A DNA stretch of 64,000 bases from Octopus vulgaris (GCA_951406725.2 OX597814.1:77624001-77688000); one strand, 5' to 3'. Positions 12,118 to 25,894 are shown, counted from the first letter of the stretch. Notes: a model not told the origin generated them from the sequence alone. Made by a program: numbers and translations.

Positions 12118-13344
12118 CTGCATCAGAATTTGAACAAAGAAAATTATAAAATCAATGGCATAGCAATGGTTTTCAGCACTCAGGGCTAAGAAAGTTTTGG
12201 TGTCTCCACCTTAATCAATAAGCATAATAAGCAATAGGAAATGTTGAGCCCTTCATATCGCCTGGGAAGTGACTGATCTCCCCTTGCTCTTACTCTTTTG
12301 CTATGCTTCTGGATATAATGCTTTTTTTGGGGGGATCAGGTACAAAGACTATATTTTTCAGGAATACTAAATTATTATTGTTTTGGTCTGTGTCAGCTCT
12401 GATTGAACAGGCCTATGAGTGAACACTATGTTCTGAGTTCAAATTCTGCTGAAGTTGACTTGGCTTTTCATCCTTTCAGGGTCAATAAAATAAGTACCAG
12501 TTACACACTGGGACTGATGTGATTGACTAGTCCTCTTCCCCAAAATATCAGGCCTTATGCCAATAGTAGAAAGGATTTTTATTATTATTATCATCATCAT
12601 TATTATTATTGTTGTTGTTGCTCTTGTTACTATTGTTGTTGGTACCAGAACTAAGTACCATCATAATGAGCTTTTATCATTCATAGGAAGAAAAGGCAAT
12701 AGAATTACATTACATTAATGCAGTATGTAGTCTGAAATATCTGTTTTATGTTTGTCTACTTGCTGATATTTTTTACTTTGGTTGGTCAAAGTTTTCTCTG
12801 CTTGGCACAGAAATAGCCAATCAAATGCTTTAGAACAGTTTACAGCCTTTTGTCGTACAACAGCCACTTTCTCAAAAAAGAAAACAGATAATATCAATCA
12901 AACAGAAGGTGATTTTGTATAGTGGCTTATTATCCATATTTTCTATTCTGTGTGTACCTTTATGTTCAATTTTTATGGGAGTTACTAAAGGATGTGACCT
13001 TTTTTATATTGGACCCTGACACATCCTTAATGATGCTTCTACTCAGATAAAATATCTATATTTTAATTGACAAAGATTTTTGGGAAAATGTGTTTCAAAT
13101 ATAAGTATTGTAAATACTATTTCCTTAGAAAAAATATTTAACCCTTTTGGGGTTAAATATTTTATTTCTTAGAAAATTCAAAATTCCTCTAAACATTTAG
13201 CACCTTCATAGTATCCTCTTGACATTTGTAACTCCCTTGTGAACTCAAAATGCCTTCAAGGGACACTATTACCCTGGTTAAGAACTGTTTTAGAACAATT
13301 CACATCTTTTGTTCAGGAAATCCCATTCTTCTTCTTCTTCTTCT

Positions 13345-13416
<72 letters not shown>

Positions 13417-13598
13417 TTACTTTTCCAAAGATATATAAGACTCACAATAGTCAGGAGTTGTCAATGTGTTGTTTCCCACAAAATGTGGTATCACAGCTGA
13501 ATTGCTGCAGAAGTCAAGCTGAGGCACAATACTTAGGACTGACCAACACCTAAATGTCATAAAATAACAAAGGAAAAAAATTTATAATTCTTACTTAA

Positions 13599-13805
13599 CT
13601 CTTTTGTTACATGTTTCTGCTGAAATACACTGCCTTTGTTTCAATTAACTTTGAAAATAACCAAGAATTTAGTAAAATAACCTTGTCATCATTAAACTAG
13701 TGATTCATGAAATTTTAGTGGAAGATTTTTATCTAAATCATTTTAAAACAGGGATTTTGTATCATGGAACCAGGGACAGTTTCAGGTGAGTTGGTTCCAA
13801 AAGGG
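13599..13805. mobile_element. piggyBac-type MITE (TTAA target)
   Basis: TTAA-CTCTTT...AAAGGG-TTAA; homologous to 63206-63425 and to a partial copy at ~15195-15265. Confidence 0.7.
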
Positions 13806-13808
13806 TTA

Positions 13809-14105
13809 AATATTGTTGTTATTTAGATTAATATTATCTTATTTGGGGTGTGTTTAACTATATTATATTCAATACGTATATCTATGTATGTAGTATGAGG
13901 AGATGTAAAAAGAGGTGTATATGAAAATATGGAGGATGATAATTTATACATTATTGTGTCAATAATGGTTTTATGTATGGGTGCTTTATTTGGGGGATTT
14001 ATATTACAAAATATTGTTATTCATTTTAATGAAGTGATTGTTTTACCTTTATTATATAAAATATTGGTAATAATATTGTTGTTATTTAGATTAATATTAT
14101 CTTTT
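13809..14105 (+). pseudogene. nad5: NUMT: nuclear copy of a mitochondrial nad5 segment
   Basis: In the invertebrate mitochondrial code it reads ...YSMRMSMYVVWGDVKSGVYENMEDDNLYIIVSMMVLCMGALFGGFMLQNIVIHFNEVIVLPLLYKMLVMMLLLFSLMLSF (TGA=W, AGA=S, ATA=M), which resembles the C-terminal half of cephalopod ND5; TG-skewed composition; one frameshift near 13860. Confidence 0.85.
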
Positions 14106-14983
14106 AACCCCATACAGTGACCAATTCAAACCACTGACCCTTTGCCTGTGTATGGACTATTTCAGGTTTAGTTATTTAAAAATTATATAGGACAATATTA
14201 ATCTTCTGTTACTAATGTCTGTCTCTTCATTTTCATATTTTTTCCTTTATTCTTGGCTTTAGGAAGGGCATCCAGCTGTAGAAACCAAACCAAATCAGAC
14301 TGGAGCCTGGTGCAAACTGTCCAACCCATGCCAGCAGGGGAAAAATAATATTAAAAGATGATGATGATTAAGATATTTGCTACTACTCTTTGTCTTTGCC
14401 CCCCACCTCTTATATTACAACATGCTTGCTCACTGCTTCTTGTTTTTATGCACAAACAAATCTAATTTTTACTATTTACAGAAAAAAAAGTGGTGAGCTG
14501 CAGAATCATTAGCATGCTGAGCAAAAATTCTTAGCAGGATTTCGTCCATGTTTATGTTCTGAATTCAAATTCCACCAAAATTGATTTTGCCTGTCATCCT
14601 TTCTGGATTGATAAAATAAGTACCAGTTGAGTACTGGGGTCAATCTAACTGATTTAGCCCCTACCCTTAAATTGCTGGTCTTGTGCCAAAATTTGAAACC
14701 AATATTTATGACAAAAAAAAAAAATGTATTACAAGACTAAGTTTCAATATTTGCAATAATCATTCAAATTTGTATCATTTAAGTAATATTATAGACAGAG
14801 AGGCTATTAAATTAAAATGGTTGTATACTGTCAATCTAACATGAATGTGACAGTAGGGGGTTACACCACCACTGTTTAGCCCTAGGAAGCATCGACGCTT
14901 CTTGCTGGCTTCGACACATTTTTCCTGTGTCCTTATATACATTTACGAAGGGGAGACAAACACCCCCAGCAGCCAGGCCTGCA

Positions 14984-15030
14984 TCTAGAGACACGCATGT
15001 TTCAGGATCATTGTCTATCATCGGTCTAGA
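14984..15030 (-). ncRNA. Type I hammerhead ribozyme motif in a PLE pLTR-like repeat (~14836-15085)
   Basis: Minus strand TCTAGA-CCGATGA-tagacaatgatcct-GAAAC-ATGCGT-GTC-TCTAGA; palindromic stem III. Confidence 0.75.
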
Positions 15031-15514
15031 GTAGCAGACGCCCGTCAGCCGCGAATATCTGTCCCGATTCGCAAATGTATATATCTAATTTCAGTGAAGT
15101 TTATTCACTGATTACCAAAATCAGAAATATTAAATTAAGTTGTTAGATTATTGATCATTTGAAGGGTTAGTTCACTTCTAACAACTATCATAGGTTTAGT
15201 GGAAGAAAGCAAGACATTTGTACTCAGAGCCAGTGCCGGTTTCAGCCGGGTTGGTAACAAAAGGGTTAATAAAAGTGAATGAGTACATGAGTTTTATGTG
15301 TAATGCAATACTAATGGTAATTAGCACTAAACTGTCAATGTTTCAAACAATGTAATTGTAGATACACTCAGTACCATTTCAAGGCATGAGCACACTGGGC
15401 AGTTGCCCAGGGGCCTTATGGGTCTAGGGTCATAATGAATCTAGGGGTTCAATAGATCTAGGAGTCCAATGGGTCCAGGGGGCAATTCTAATTTATATAT
15501 GTTGTGGCTTACGT

Positions 15515-15812
15515 GAAGGTGTGTGCTCAGTGGTTAGGGCGTTCAGCTCATGATCATAAGGTTGTGAGTTTGAAAACTGGTGCCGCATTGTGTCCTTGAG
15601 CAAGACACTTTACTTCACATTGTTCCAGTCCACTCAGCAAAAATGAGCAGTACCTGTTACATTCTGTGCTATGCTGAATCTCCCTGAGAACTACATTAAG
15701 AGTATGCATGTCTATGGAATACTTAACCACTTACACGTTAATTTCATGAGGAGGCTGTTCCATTGGCCAGATCAACTGGAACCTTTGTGATGATAACCAA
15801 TGGAATGCCAGT
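15515..15812 (+). repeat. tRNA-derived SINE family C (representative copy)
   Basis: GCTCAGTGGTTAGGGCG...TGTCCTTGAGCAAGACACTT...; related copies at ~32365-32670, 43085-43385(-) and 60268-60592. Confidence 0.7.
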
Positions 15813-16361
15813 ATAGTATGCTGTGGTTTACTGTCAATAAATACTACAAAGCCCAGTGCATTTATTTTCTCCAAGGATCTATAATGTTGCTTTGATGGCC
15901 ATGGGTACTCTGTTGTGTGGAATGGAAATACTGTAAGATTAGCAAATATTGCCTTAGTTTGCAATGTTCAGTTCAGTTCCTGCTGTAAGTTTGTCCAGAG
16001 CATCTTGGGTCTAGGGGCTCAGTTTTAATCTATGTTACTTGCAGTCAATAGATAAATACTATTGTACTCAGTGCATTAATTTCCTCAGGGGCATGTAATG
16101 CTGCTAAGACAATCCAGGGCTTGCTGAGGGTAAATAGAAAACTTCCAATATATCTTCCACTGAATCACTACAAAAAAAAAAAACTCGTTTCTCAATAATT
16201 AAATGGATTGTTCCCCTTTTCCTGTTATCATGATGAAGTTAGAAACAGAAAGTTGAAAGAAGATCAATGCTATGTGGTAGGAGGGAGGGGGAAGAGAGAG
16301 GGGGAGGAAAGAAAAAAATCAACATTGAGAGGACAAACACTGTAAAAAATTTTTATCTTAC

Positions 16362-16426
16362 CAAAGAATGTTTAAGATTGTACAGGTAGTCAGTGCAGAA
16401 AGTACAGCTAATAAATATTTCCTGAT
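16362..16426 (-). CDS. Candidate internal exon (IRKYLLAVLSALTTCTILNIL) of an unidentified host gene
   Basis: Acceptor ttttttgctgcag and donor TTG|GTAAGA; 65 nt. A phase-compatible acceptor (tttttttgtag, ~16170) continues DSVEDILEVFYLPS. Confidence 0.35.
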
Positions 16427-17808
16427 CTGCAGCAAAAAAATATATCGTAAACATCTGATGAAAAAAAGATCCCAAACTATTTATAAATATTGAGATAGAT
16501 TTAGTCAATATGGTTACAGAAATGGGAAGAAATAACTTGAGTATTAATACTGTTTTGTTTCATTGCTATGCCTTACTATGTACAAATGTAAATACCTTGT
16601 CTGCATAAACAATAAATTAATGAACAAAAAAAGAGACTAACTGGGCTAATTTCAGTCTTAAGTTGAGATTTCATCAATGAATGAGTACCCTATTTAACTG
16701 TTCAAAGAAAATGTTACTTATAAACCCACATTTAGTAAGGGGTTATGTAAATCAGACCAATTTACATATATACTAAAACTATCTGCCAAGTATGTGTTCA
16801 TCATCTCTTCATCAACATTTAATATTTGTTTTCCATACTGGCATGGGTTTGACAACTTGACAGGAACTGGTAAAACCAGGGTCTGCACCAGGTTCCATAG
16901 TCTTCTCTCTTGCACACTGCATATAATTCCTCTTATGCCTAATTTCTCTCTCAATACATCAGTGCTCTGTCATGCAAACTGACACTGCACATTCAGTGGA
17001 GCATACCTGCTTCGTTCCATGAAATTGAAATTGGTCAATCCAGTTTATTTAAACCATTGTTCAAAATAATGGATATATAAGCAATATTTTGAGGATGGGT
17101 AACTAGGATAGTCTGGTCCCTGGTGAAATCTCAACACATAAGCAAACCAAGTCTGACATAACTATCTTTCTGTATACAGAGATATTGTACATTCAGACAG
17201 TTTTTACATCTGTCTGTAGTGTTGAAAGATATAAATAGCTCCACGCATTGTGTTGGCTATAAAACCATAAAAATATATTCAGTAGTATAGCACAGCATTG
17301 GAACTGTAGTGACTTTAGTGCTTAGGAAAACAATAGTAACACCACCACCACCACCACCAAAAGAGGGAACATATATACAGTAGTTTGACTTGCTAGATAA
17401 AGCAGCCAAATTCTCAAAATTGTATTCTTTTCAGAAGTAGCAAAGGATATATTAGAAAATACAGCCCCTGATATGCAAAAGGGGGGGATGATCATGCTTA
17501 GATTGTTTTTCATTCATATATGCATACATACATACAGACAGACAGACATAAATAAATACAGACATATACACATAACATCATATACATACATACATACATA
17601 CATACATACATACATACATACATACATACATACATACATACATTCATGCATAGCTATGTTGTCAACTTAATGTTACAGTCTCATGAAAGGGAAGAATACT
17701 ACTGTTATTTAGCCCTAGGAAACACCGTTTCCTGTTGGACTTGACACATTTCCTGTGTCCTTATGTTTTCAAAGTGGAGACAAGTACCTCCACCCAGCAA
17801 AGCCAGCA

Positions 17809-17851
17809 TCCAGAGACTAGTTTCAGAGTCATTGCTCATCATCAGTCTGAA
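17809..17851 (-). ncRNA. Minimal type I hammerhead ribozyme, intact core
   Basis: Minus strand TTCAGA-CTGATGA-tGAGcaatgaCTCt-GAAAC-TA-GTC-TCTGGA; lies in a repeat (~17657-17880) partly duplicated in tandem at ~17920-18040. Confidence 0.8.
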
Positions 17852-18199
17852 AATAGAAATAATACATTTCTAAATCTCTCAGAGAGATTTATGTAGTAGC
17901 AGCATGGTAAAGTGATAGTATGTTGTCAACTTAATGTGTCAGTCCCATGAAAGGGAAGAATATTACTGCTATTTAGCCCCAGGAAACACAGTTTCCTGTT
18001 GGACTTGAAACATTTCCTGAGTCCTTATGTTGTCAAATGTATTGGATTCTTTTTTAATTCTTTGGATGCTGATTGCTGGAACACAGAAAACCAACTACAC
18101 ATAAGATGAATGAAATAATAGAAAGAAAGAAAGAAAGAGAGAGTAGAGATTCTATTTTCTTAAATGTAAAATTAAGTTATTTTCCTTCAACTGTACACT

Positions 18200-19422
18200 G
18201 ATTCTAAAAGCCTAGTACATATGTTTGTATGTCTGAACGTCCATCCAACCATCCACCCATACATCTACTACATATGTGGAAAATCGGTGTGTGTTTGTTT
18301 GTGGCATTGTTATCCAACTCCTCCTACATAGTTTTATTGATTTTGATGAAATTGACATGTGAGTAGGACTCATATTTGGAAACCCCGTGACATACTTAGA
18401 TTGTTGAAAAAATAGATAATACGGCCCCTGGAAGGGACCTTTATATCTACCTCATATAACTAATTTTTTTAAACACCCAGGGGAAATAACCCATGCCACC
18501 TACACAATATTTTTTTGAACACTCAAGGGAATTAACCCATTTCATTGTTTATGTTCGATTACTTAGAATATTGATTTGCTGTGTGTCCAATTTCTCCTTT
18601 TTTGCAGACAATATCACATGTCTGGAAACCTTGTGACATATTTAGATTGTTGAAAAAAATCGATAATAGGGCCCATCCAATGGATCCTCCTATCTACTAC
18701 ATATTACTAATATTTTATTTAAACAACCTAAAGGAAATAACCCATAGCACCTGCAGTTTTTAGTGATGCGATTAATATTTGATTCTCACAATCAGCCGAC
18801 CTAATTCTGCATTTCACTACTCACAGTTTTGAACTGCTAAACATTATTATTGCACTTCCTTAATTTGAATCCCTTCATTCATACATTTCTATACATACAT
18901 ACTTTTTTGGATGCCCATTACTCCGATAATTCTGCATTTTTACAGTTACACTTTCTCCATGACAGTAGATAAGTTTTTTTTTCCACAACATATTTTAGTG
19001 GCTTCATGCAGGCATAACATGGAGTTGATCCTCGATTGCCAAATTTCACTTCACACTTTAACAGCGCTTTTCTCACAGTAAAGTAATAGTTTTTCTGTGA
19101 ACAACAATCTCTCTCAACAACCTCCAACAACCTCTCTAAACAACCTCCGAAAACCTCTCTTGCCAACCTCCGACAACCTCTCTCAGCAACCTCCTACAAC
19201 CTCTCTCACCAGCCTCCATCAATCTTTTTCACCAACCTCCGAAAATCTCTTGCCAACTTCCAACAACATCTCCCTCCTCCAGCTGACAGATTTTTGTACT
19301 CTTTCGCAACAGAAAATGCACCTTCTGTGGCAGTTATAACGAAATTGCTTTCTTATATCAGACTAATAAGGCATTTCAATAGAACATTTTTACCCCCAGG
19401 AATTATCAGGTACACCAGGTAG
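18200..19422 (+). mobile_element. Probable non-autonomous Helitron remnant with internal tandem repeats
   Basis: 5' GTTTGT-rich/GATTTTGATGAAA motif, internal ~220-bp duplication, ACAACCTCTCT tandem array 19120-19270, 3' hairpin-like end ...TACACCAGGTAGT. Confidence 0.4.
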
Positions 19423-19463
19423 TACATACATACATACATACATAAATACAGACAGACATGCAG

Positions 19464-19504
<41 letters not shown>

Positions 19505-19534
19505 CATACATACATGCATACATACATATGTAAG

Positions 19535-19842
19535 GAAAAGTATGTATCATCTTAGAAGTCAGCTGCCCTGCTGATGTGAATATTTGTTTGAAAATTAAAG
19601 AGAAAAGGGTAAATATAGAGGACTGCTTCAAAACCACAAGCTTCTATATGCAGATTATGAGTTCATATTTATACGAATAATAATTGGTGTACTTGGTTTT
19701 GTGAGTAAATGCCTAAGTGACAATCTGGATAAACTAGGGTTTTCATAAAAATAAATCAACCAACCAGCTCACATATTACAAATTCAGCCTGTAAGTGGAA
19801 CAGTAAAAATATGCAAGACTTTTCTCAAGTTTAAAATGTGAC
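19535..19842 (+). mobile_element. RLE-type (R4/Dong-like) non-LTR retrotransposon 3' fragment
   Basis: Reads with frameshifts as KVCIILEVSCPADVNI..KIKEK..KY..LL....F.FI.IIIGVLGFV, a restriction-like endonuclease signature. Confidence 0.65.
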
Positions 19843-20551
19843 ATTGTTTTTGTCATCTACATTCCAATGATGGAATTTTGTATCTTTATTAGAAGCCAGC
19901 TCTTTCCTCAGAGGAAGAGTTTAAATAATTCAAAACAGAAGAGAATATACATACATATATACATAAATACATACATGCTTACATACGTAAATACATATAT
20001 AAATACATGCATGCATACATACATATACACATATATACATGTATGCACACATACATACACACATATATATACCTACATACATATGTAAATACATTTATAC
20101 ATGCATGCATACGTACATATACACGCATATACATATATGCATACATACATACATACATACATATGGACATACATGCATACATATTTGTAAGGGTGAGGTT
20201 GACAGTAACTTCGAAATTTCATAGGTGATTGATTTCTAAATCACTGTTAAACTTTTCTATGTAAAAATAAACTTAATAGACTTCTTAAATGTATTGAGTG
20301 CTCTTTCAATTAATTTTTGAATGTTTTAGATGTATGACTACACATAAAACACATACACATACATATATAAAGACCTAAAGATTAAGGACAATGACATTAA
20401 TTTAGATAACTAAATTAAAGGGCAATGTAATGCATGCCATATGTAAAATATTCTTAATTTATTAAAATGTTTGAGCATGTGCATGTATGACCACAGACAC
20501 ATGCGTATGTGTGTATGAATGTATATTTCTATGCATGTCTGTTTGTATACA

Positions 20552-20585
<34 letters not shown>

Positions 20586-20595
20586 TATGCTTGTG

Positions 20596-20636
<41 letters not shown>

Positions 20637-20649
20637 CATATATATATGT

Positions 20650-20704
<55 letters not shown>

Positions 20705-20845
20705 GGTTTGGCAAAAGAGATTGACAGAATAAGTATCAGGCTTAAAAAAGAAGTACTGGGTCGATTCCTTCAACAAAAAGTTCAAGGTGATGCCCCAGCA
20801 TGGCCACAATCTAATAACTGAAACAAGTAAGAGATAATATATATA

Positions 20846-20902
<57 letters not shown>

Positions 20903-20905
<3 letters not shown>

Positions 20906-21258
20906 CTTGTTAATTTAATTATCGATCCTATCAAGTGGCCAGCATGGGAATAAAAACCGTCAAAGGTAATAATTATTTTTAAAACTATAATTTAGGGTAT
21001 CTAAGGGATACCTCCACGTTGGAAATAGCAGCCAAAACTTGACTCTAAAACCACATTAAATGTTCATACCACACCAGGAGAGAAGACAAAAGGACAAGAT
21101 GAACAAGCAAAAAATTACTGGATAATTCCAGATACCGGATTTCTGGATTTGCATACGAAATGCTTTGCTTCTTCAGTGGAATATACACAGATAGTAACAT
21201 TTAATGTGGTTTTAAAGTCAAGTTTTGGCTGCTATTTGCAGCGTGGAGGTATCTCTTA
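20903..21258 (-). mobile_element. Small PLE-like element with 63-bp inverted arms and a hammerhead
   Basis: Arms 21002-21064 and 21196-21258 (4 mismatches); hammerhead between them; the 3' end abuts (TA)n. Confidence 0.7.
21125..21182 (-). ncRNA. Type I hammerhead ribozyme motif (AUC site)
   Basis: Minus strand ATTCCA-CTGAAGA-...GCATttcgtATGC...-GAAA-TCCGGT-ATC-TGGAAT; 6-bp stem I. Confidence 0.75.
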
Positions 21259-23702
21259 TACACACACACACACACACACACACACATATGTATGTATGTA
21301 TGTATGTATGTAGATATAAATGCACTTGTTTATTCATTTGGTTATTGCCTTCTTTGTGTTTCAAATGAGGGATTTCTATCCTTCTTAAGTCTTTGAAAGC
21401 ATAAAGCAATTGGTTATAATATCAATTAGGCATGCCAATATAAGCAGTGTTTCACTGCAATATAAGCAGTGTTTCAAACCAAATATCAACAAATATACAC
21501 ATGTGAATAAGCACACATATGCAAATACATATATATGCATGCTCATATGCATGCACATGCAGAAACATACATGCATACATAAATATACCCATACATACAT
21601 GCATACATACATACACAAGGCTATGTGCCAACAAATTTACACAAAAAAACTAGGTTTTTTTCAAAGAAGAGCAAACGAATCTGACATACATACATGCATA
21701 CATACATACATAAGGCTATGTGCCAACAAATTTACACAAAAAATACTAGGTTTTTTTCAAAACGAATCTGACATAGTTTCTGAGATCCATAGAATCTGAC
21801 ATCCAATCTATTATTGGCACAGTGAAGATTTGTAAGACATTCCCAAAATTCTCCATCTGAGATTCATATGTGAATAGATGCACACATTTGGGTATACACA
21901 TCGACAGTTGAACCAACACACTAGCTCAACCACATATTTACAAACACCGGGAACTTTCTTGACTCAAAAAATGTTGTTGCTTTGTTAGTGACTAGCTTGA
22001 ACCCATTCAAGAACTTAAATAAAACTCAAAGGAAAATCATAGGCTTACTACAGGTTTTATCTACAATATTCATTCTCCAATCATTGGTCAGTCAGGAATA
22101 ATAAGAGAAGACATTTGCACAAGATGCTGTTCATGGTGTCTGAATCTAACACCATGTGGTTGTGAAGCATACTTCTATCTCAATTAACAGCCATGCCATT
22201 ATGGATACTTCATCACCAATATTTAAATCTTTGCAGTTTCATTTGATGTTTCTTACCCTTTCTTCTAAATGTGAGTAGCCATACAACTTTTCTGTAACAA
22301 GAAATCAGTTCTCCTTTCTCTCATTCTTTAACCTGCACTGCAAAGCATAAAGCACCCTTCTCCCCCAAGGTTCATTATCTTGTGAGCTTCATGGCAATCT
22401 TACAAGTGCTGGTGACAATAAATGTATTCATAACACACAGTAAAGTGGTTGGCATAAGGATGGGCTTTCAGTTATAGAAACTATGCAAAGGCAGACACTG
22501 TAGCACGATGCCATCCTTGGTCCTATCAGATATTGTCTAACTGTCCAACTCATGCTAGCCAGGAACATGGACATTAGATCATAATGATCAAGATGATGAA
22601 ATATAGATATAATATTTATGTGTGTGTAAGTGCAGATATGTGTATTAATTAATTTTATATATAAATATTATTTTGTGTGTTTACATACTGGTGCATATGT
22701 GTGGCATGTGTAACGTATATACATATATATGTTTATACATTACATGCACATACTTACATAGACATGCATATATATCCACACACACACACACACACACACA
22801 TATATACATGTAGGTGCGACTGTAGTAAGAAGCTTGCTTCCTAACCACATTGTTCCAGGTTGCCTCAGGCCAACTAAAGCCTTGTGAATGGATTTGGCAG
22901 ACTGAAACTGAAAGAAGCCTGTTATGTGTGTGTGTGTGTGTGTGTGTGCACGCACTCATGTATTCCTACATCACATACACCCATACAAGTTCACTTTTCT
23001 TAAACGCAGTCCTAATCTCACAGTATTTAATTTTTTTCATTTACTTTGAGACATTTTGACATTTCACCTTTGAAATATTACATTATTCGATTTACTGGAA
23101 GCACTTGAATGTACTTGGATTAGGATTAAAACCTGCATTCGGAACATACATATGATTCCATTTTAAGACTGAACTTGTTAATTCCCTTCACACCTCTATC
23201 TTACTACTCCTCCTCCTCCTCCTCCTCCTCAGCGCCATGCCCCTGCCGGCTGCTGCTGCCGCCGCCGCCGCCGCCGCCACCGCCACCGCCGCCGCCACCG
23301 TCACCGCCACCACCACCACCACCACTACTTCTACTACCACTACTGTCACCTCTGCTGACACTGTCATAGTTGTTATTTTTGTCTTTGTCAGCAGAAAAAT
23401 GACTGTCAAAGCTGACCTGACAGTTTTGAACTTTGAATGTGAAAGAATGTAACTAAATATTACAGAACATTTGATCTGTGTTTTTAACAATTCTGCTTCT
23501 CACCACCCTAATATAATAATAGAGATTTTTTAGATAAGACATAATAGCACACACATTTTGAGGAGTAGATATTGTTAACTGAGTCAACTCTCAGTAGATC
23601 ACAGTTCTATCCTTGCAAGACTTATTTTTAAAACAAATGGATATAACTAAATACTGCAAAGCATTTTCTCCAGTGCTCTGCCAATTGTACCAGCTCAACA
23701 TC

Positions 23703-23761
<59 letters not shown>

Positions 23762-24019
23762 CCTTTCTACTATAGGTACAAGGCCTGAAATTTGGAGGGG
23801 GAGGGGACTAGTTGATTATATTGACCCTAGTACTCAACTGGTACTTAATTTATTGACCTTGAGAAAGAGTGAGAGGCAAAGTCGACTTTGGTAGAATTTG
23901 AACTCACAATGTAGTGGCAGATGAAATAGCACTAAGCATTTCGCCTGGCATGCTAATGATTCTGCCAGCTCACCACCTTTCTTCTTCTTCTTCTTCTTCT
24001 TCTTCTTATTATTATTATT

Positions 24020-24073
<54 letters not shown>

Positions 24074-24559
24074 TAATTCGTTTATTGGCCACAATAGCTG
24101 ACAAAAATTAATTAAAACATAAAGGGACAAAATACAGGACAAAAGTTACAAAGGGTTGATGATGATGATCATCATCATCATTTCTAGAACAAGCACAAGA
24201 CTGCACGGTTTGAGGAAAAATTTAATCAAGGCAATCATTGTGGGTTCATAACCAATGCTTTATCAATCCCAGAATTATGTATTATGCACAACAACCTGCC
24301 TATCTAATATTCTGATTACCACCATTGCCATTACTGCAATGACCATGACCACCATGACCACCACAACCATGATGACGATGACAGCAACCATGACCACGAC
24401 CGCGACCACCATCACCACCACCACCACCACCACCACCACCACCACCACAACAACAACAACAACAACAACAAAAATTTTTTCTACTATAGACACAAGGCTT
24501 GAAATTTTGTAGGGAGAGGCCATTTGATTACATTGACCTCAGTGTTCAGTTAGTACTTG

Positions 24560-25894
24560 CAGAGCGTTTCGGCTAAATTTGATGATATTTTATGTCTTCT
24601 TTCATGTGGGACAGCCTAATGTATTGGTGAACAGTCAACAGCATTGAAGAACATAAAGTTGTATGTGAGAAAAAGTCAGCTGACATGGAGGACTGAAAGC
24701 CATCTGAATATTGGAAAAGAAGTTACCTGTATCATAATGATTCACATCAAGTGTCAAAATGCTGACATCGTGACAGCTGCTCAATGTTCTTTGAATACTG
24801 TGATGGTTGTAAGATATGACATGGACAACTGCAACAGAGACTATGAAGCTGTGGCCAGCAGGAAGGGACACAGCAGGCATTCTGACTGTGTCTGCACATT
24901 GGAATTCATCCAACAACTACAGTGCAAGGTGATGGAAAATCTGAGCAAAGGAATTCAAGCTTTAGTGATAGAGTCACCACCATGAAGCTGGCACTAAATG
25001 AAAACCTTCACTACACTCATACAAGAGGCACAAGGGACAGATTCTGACAGCCAAAGCCAAAGCCAAAGAGAACTGCTTGACAAAGGCATAGATGGTCCCA
25101 GAAAAGTTGAGGCATCCTGTTGAGCCAGAGAGGATCTGGTTCTTCTCAGAAGAAAAGATGAAAAGAGCTTCTGCCAGAATTAGTTGCACAATACTCAGAA
25201 CAATCTGGATTGTAAGTTTGCCTACAATCCCTGTGATGTCCCATGTGTCATGAAAACCAAGATCCCTCAAAGTGTGATCTTTGGGTATCTCCAGTGAGGG
25301 TGACATCCTGCTACCCCACATCTTTAAACAGGGCCTTAGGCTCAATTCAGATGACTATGTGAAGCTACAGGAGACTGAAATCAAACTTTGGCTGGGAGGG
25401 TTGCAGCTAGAAGGCTATATGTGTGGCAGCAAGATTCGGTTCATTACTATACTTCCAAAAAGAGTAGAAAGTAGTTGCTGCAGGAGGGCCATATGTGTAG
25501 TAGCAGGATTTGGCTCTTTGCCATTCCTCTGGAAAAGGCCAGAATTGGTTGTCAGAAAGTTTCTACAACTTCACCAGCCCCAATTTCCGACCTCCTAATT
25601 CCTTTGATTGTAATTCTATGGATTGTTATGTGTAGAGCATAGTTTAGACAGACTCCAACTACTCTGCTTGCAACAGCAAGGCTGTGCAGGTGGCCAAGAT
25701 CAAAGAAGATCTTCCCAGAGATACAGTAAGGAATGCATGCACCAAGTTCTGGAGCTGTCCTGAAGCTGTGGTGGAAGCTGTGGACAGTTACTTTGAGTAA
25801 ACTGTTATTTCCCAGCCATAATCAAGTTGATGTTTGGGATATTGTGTTTTCTTTACCTTTCATGCAGACTTTCAAATTTAGCCTGAAAACCCTG
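24560..25894 (+). mobile_element. Decayed DD37D (maT) Tc1/mariner transposon nested in a SINE
   Basis: TIRs CAGAGCGTTTCGGCTAAATTTGA / TCAAATTTAGCCTGAAAACCCTG; peptide SSEGDILLPHIFKQGLRLNSDDY...QD-(37 aa)-MDCYV; flanks are two halves of one minus-strand SINE; internal ~75-bp duplication at 25400-25550. Confidence 0.85.

Noticed and set aside
19120-19270. Short repeats with variable spacers (CRISPR-like)
   Set aside because: Degenerate ACAACCTCT minisatellite in eukaryotic DNA; no unique spacers and no cas genes.
23175-23490. Poly-Pro/Ala/Thr ORFs over a GC-rich triplet tract
   Set aside because: Compound CCT/CCG/CCA microsatellite, open in several frames, with no splice support.
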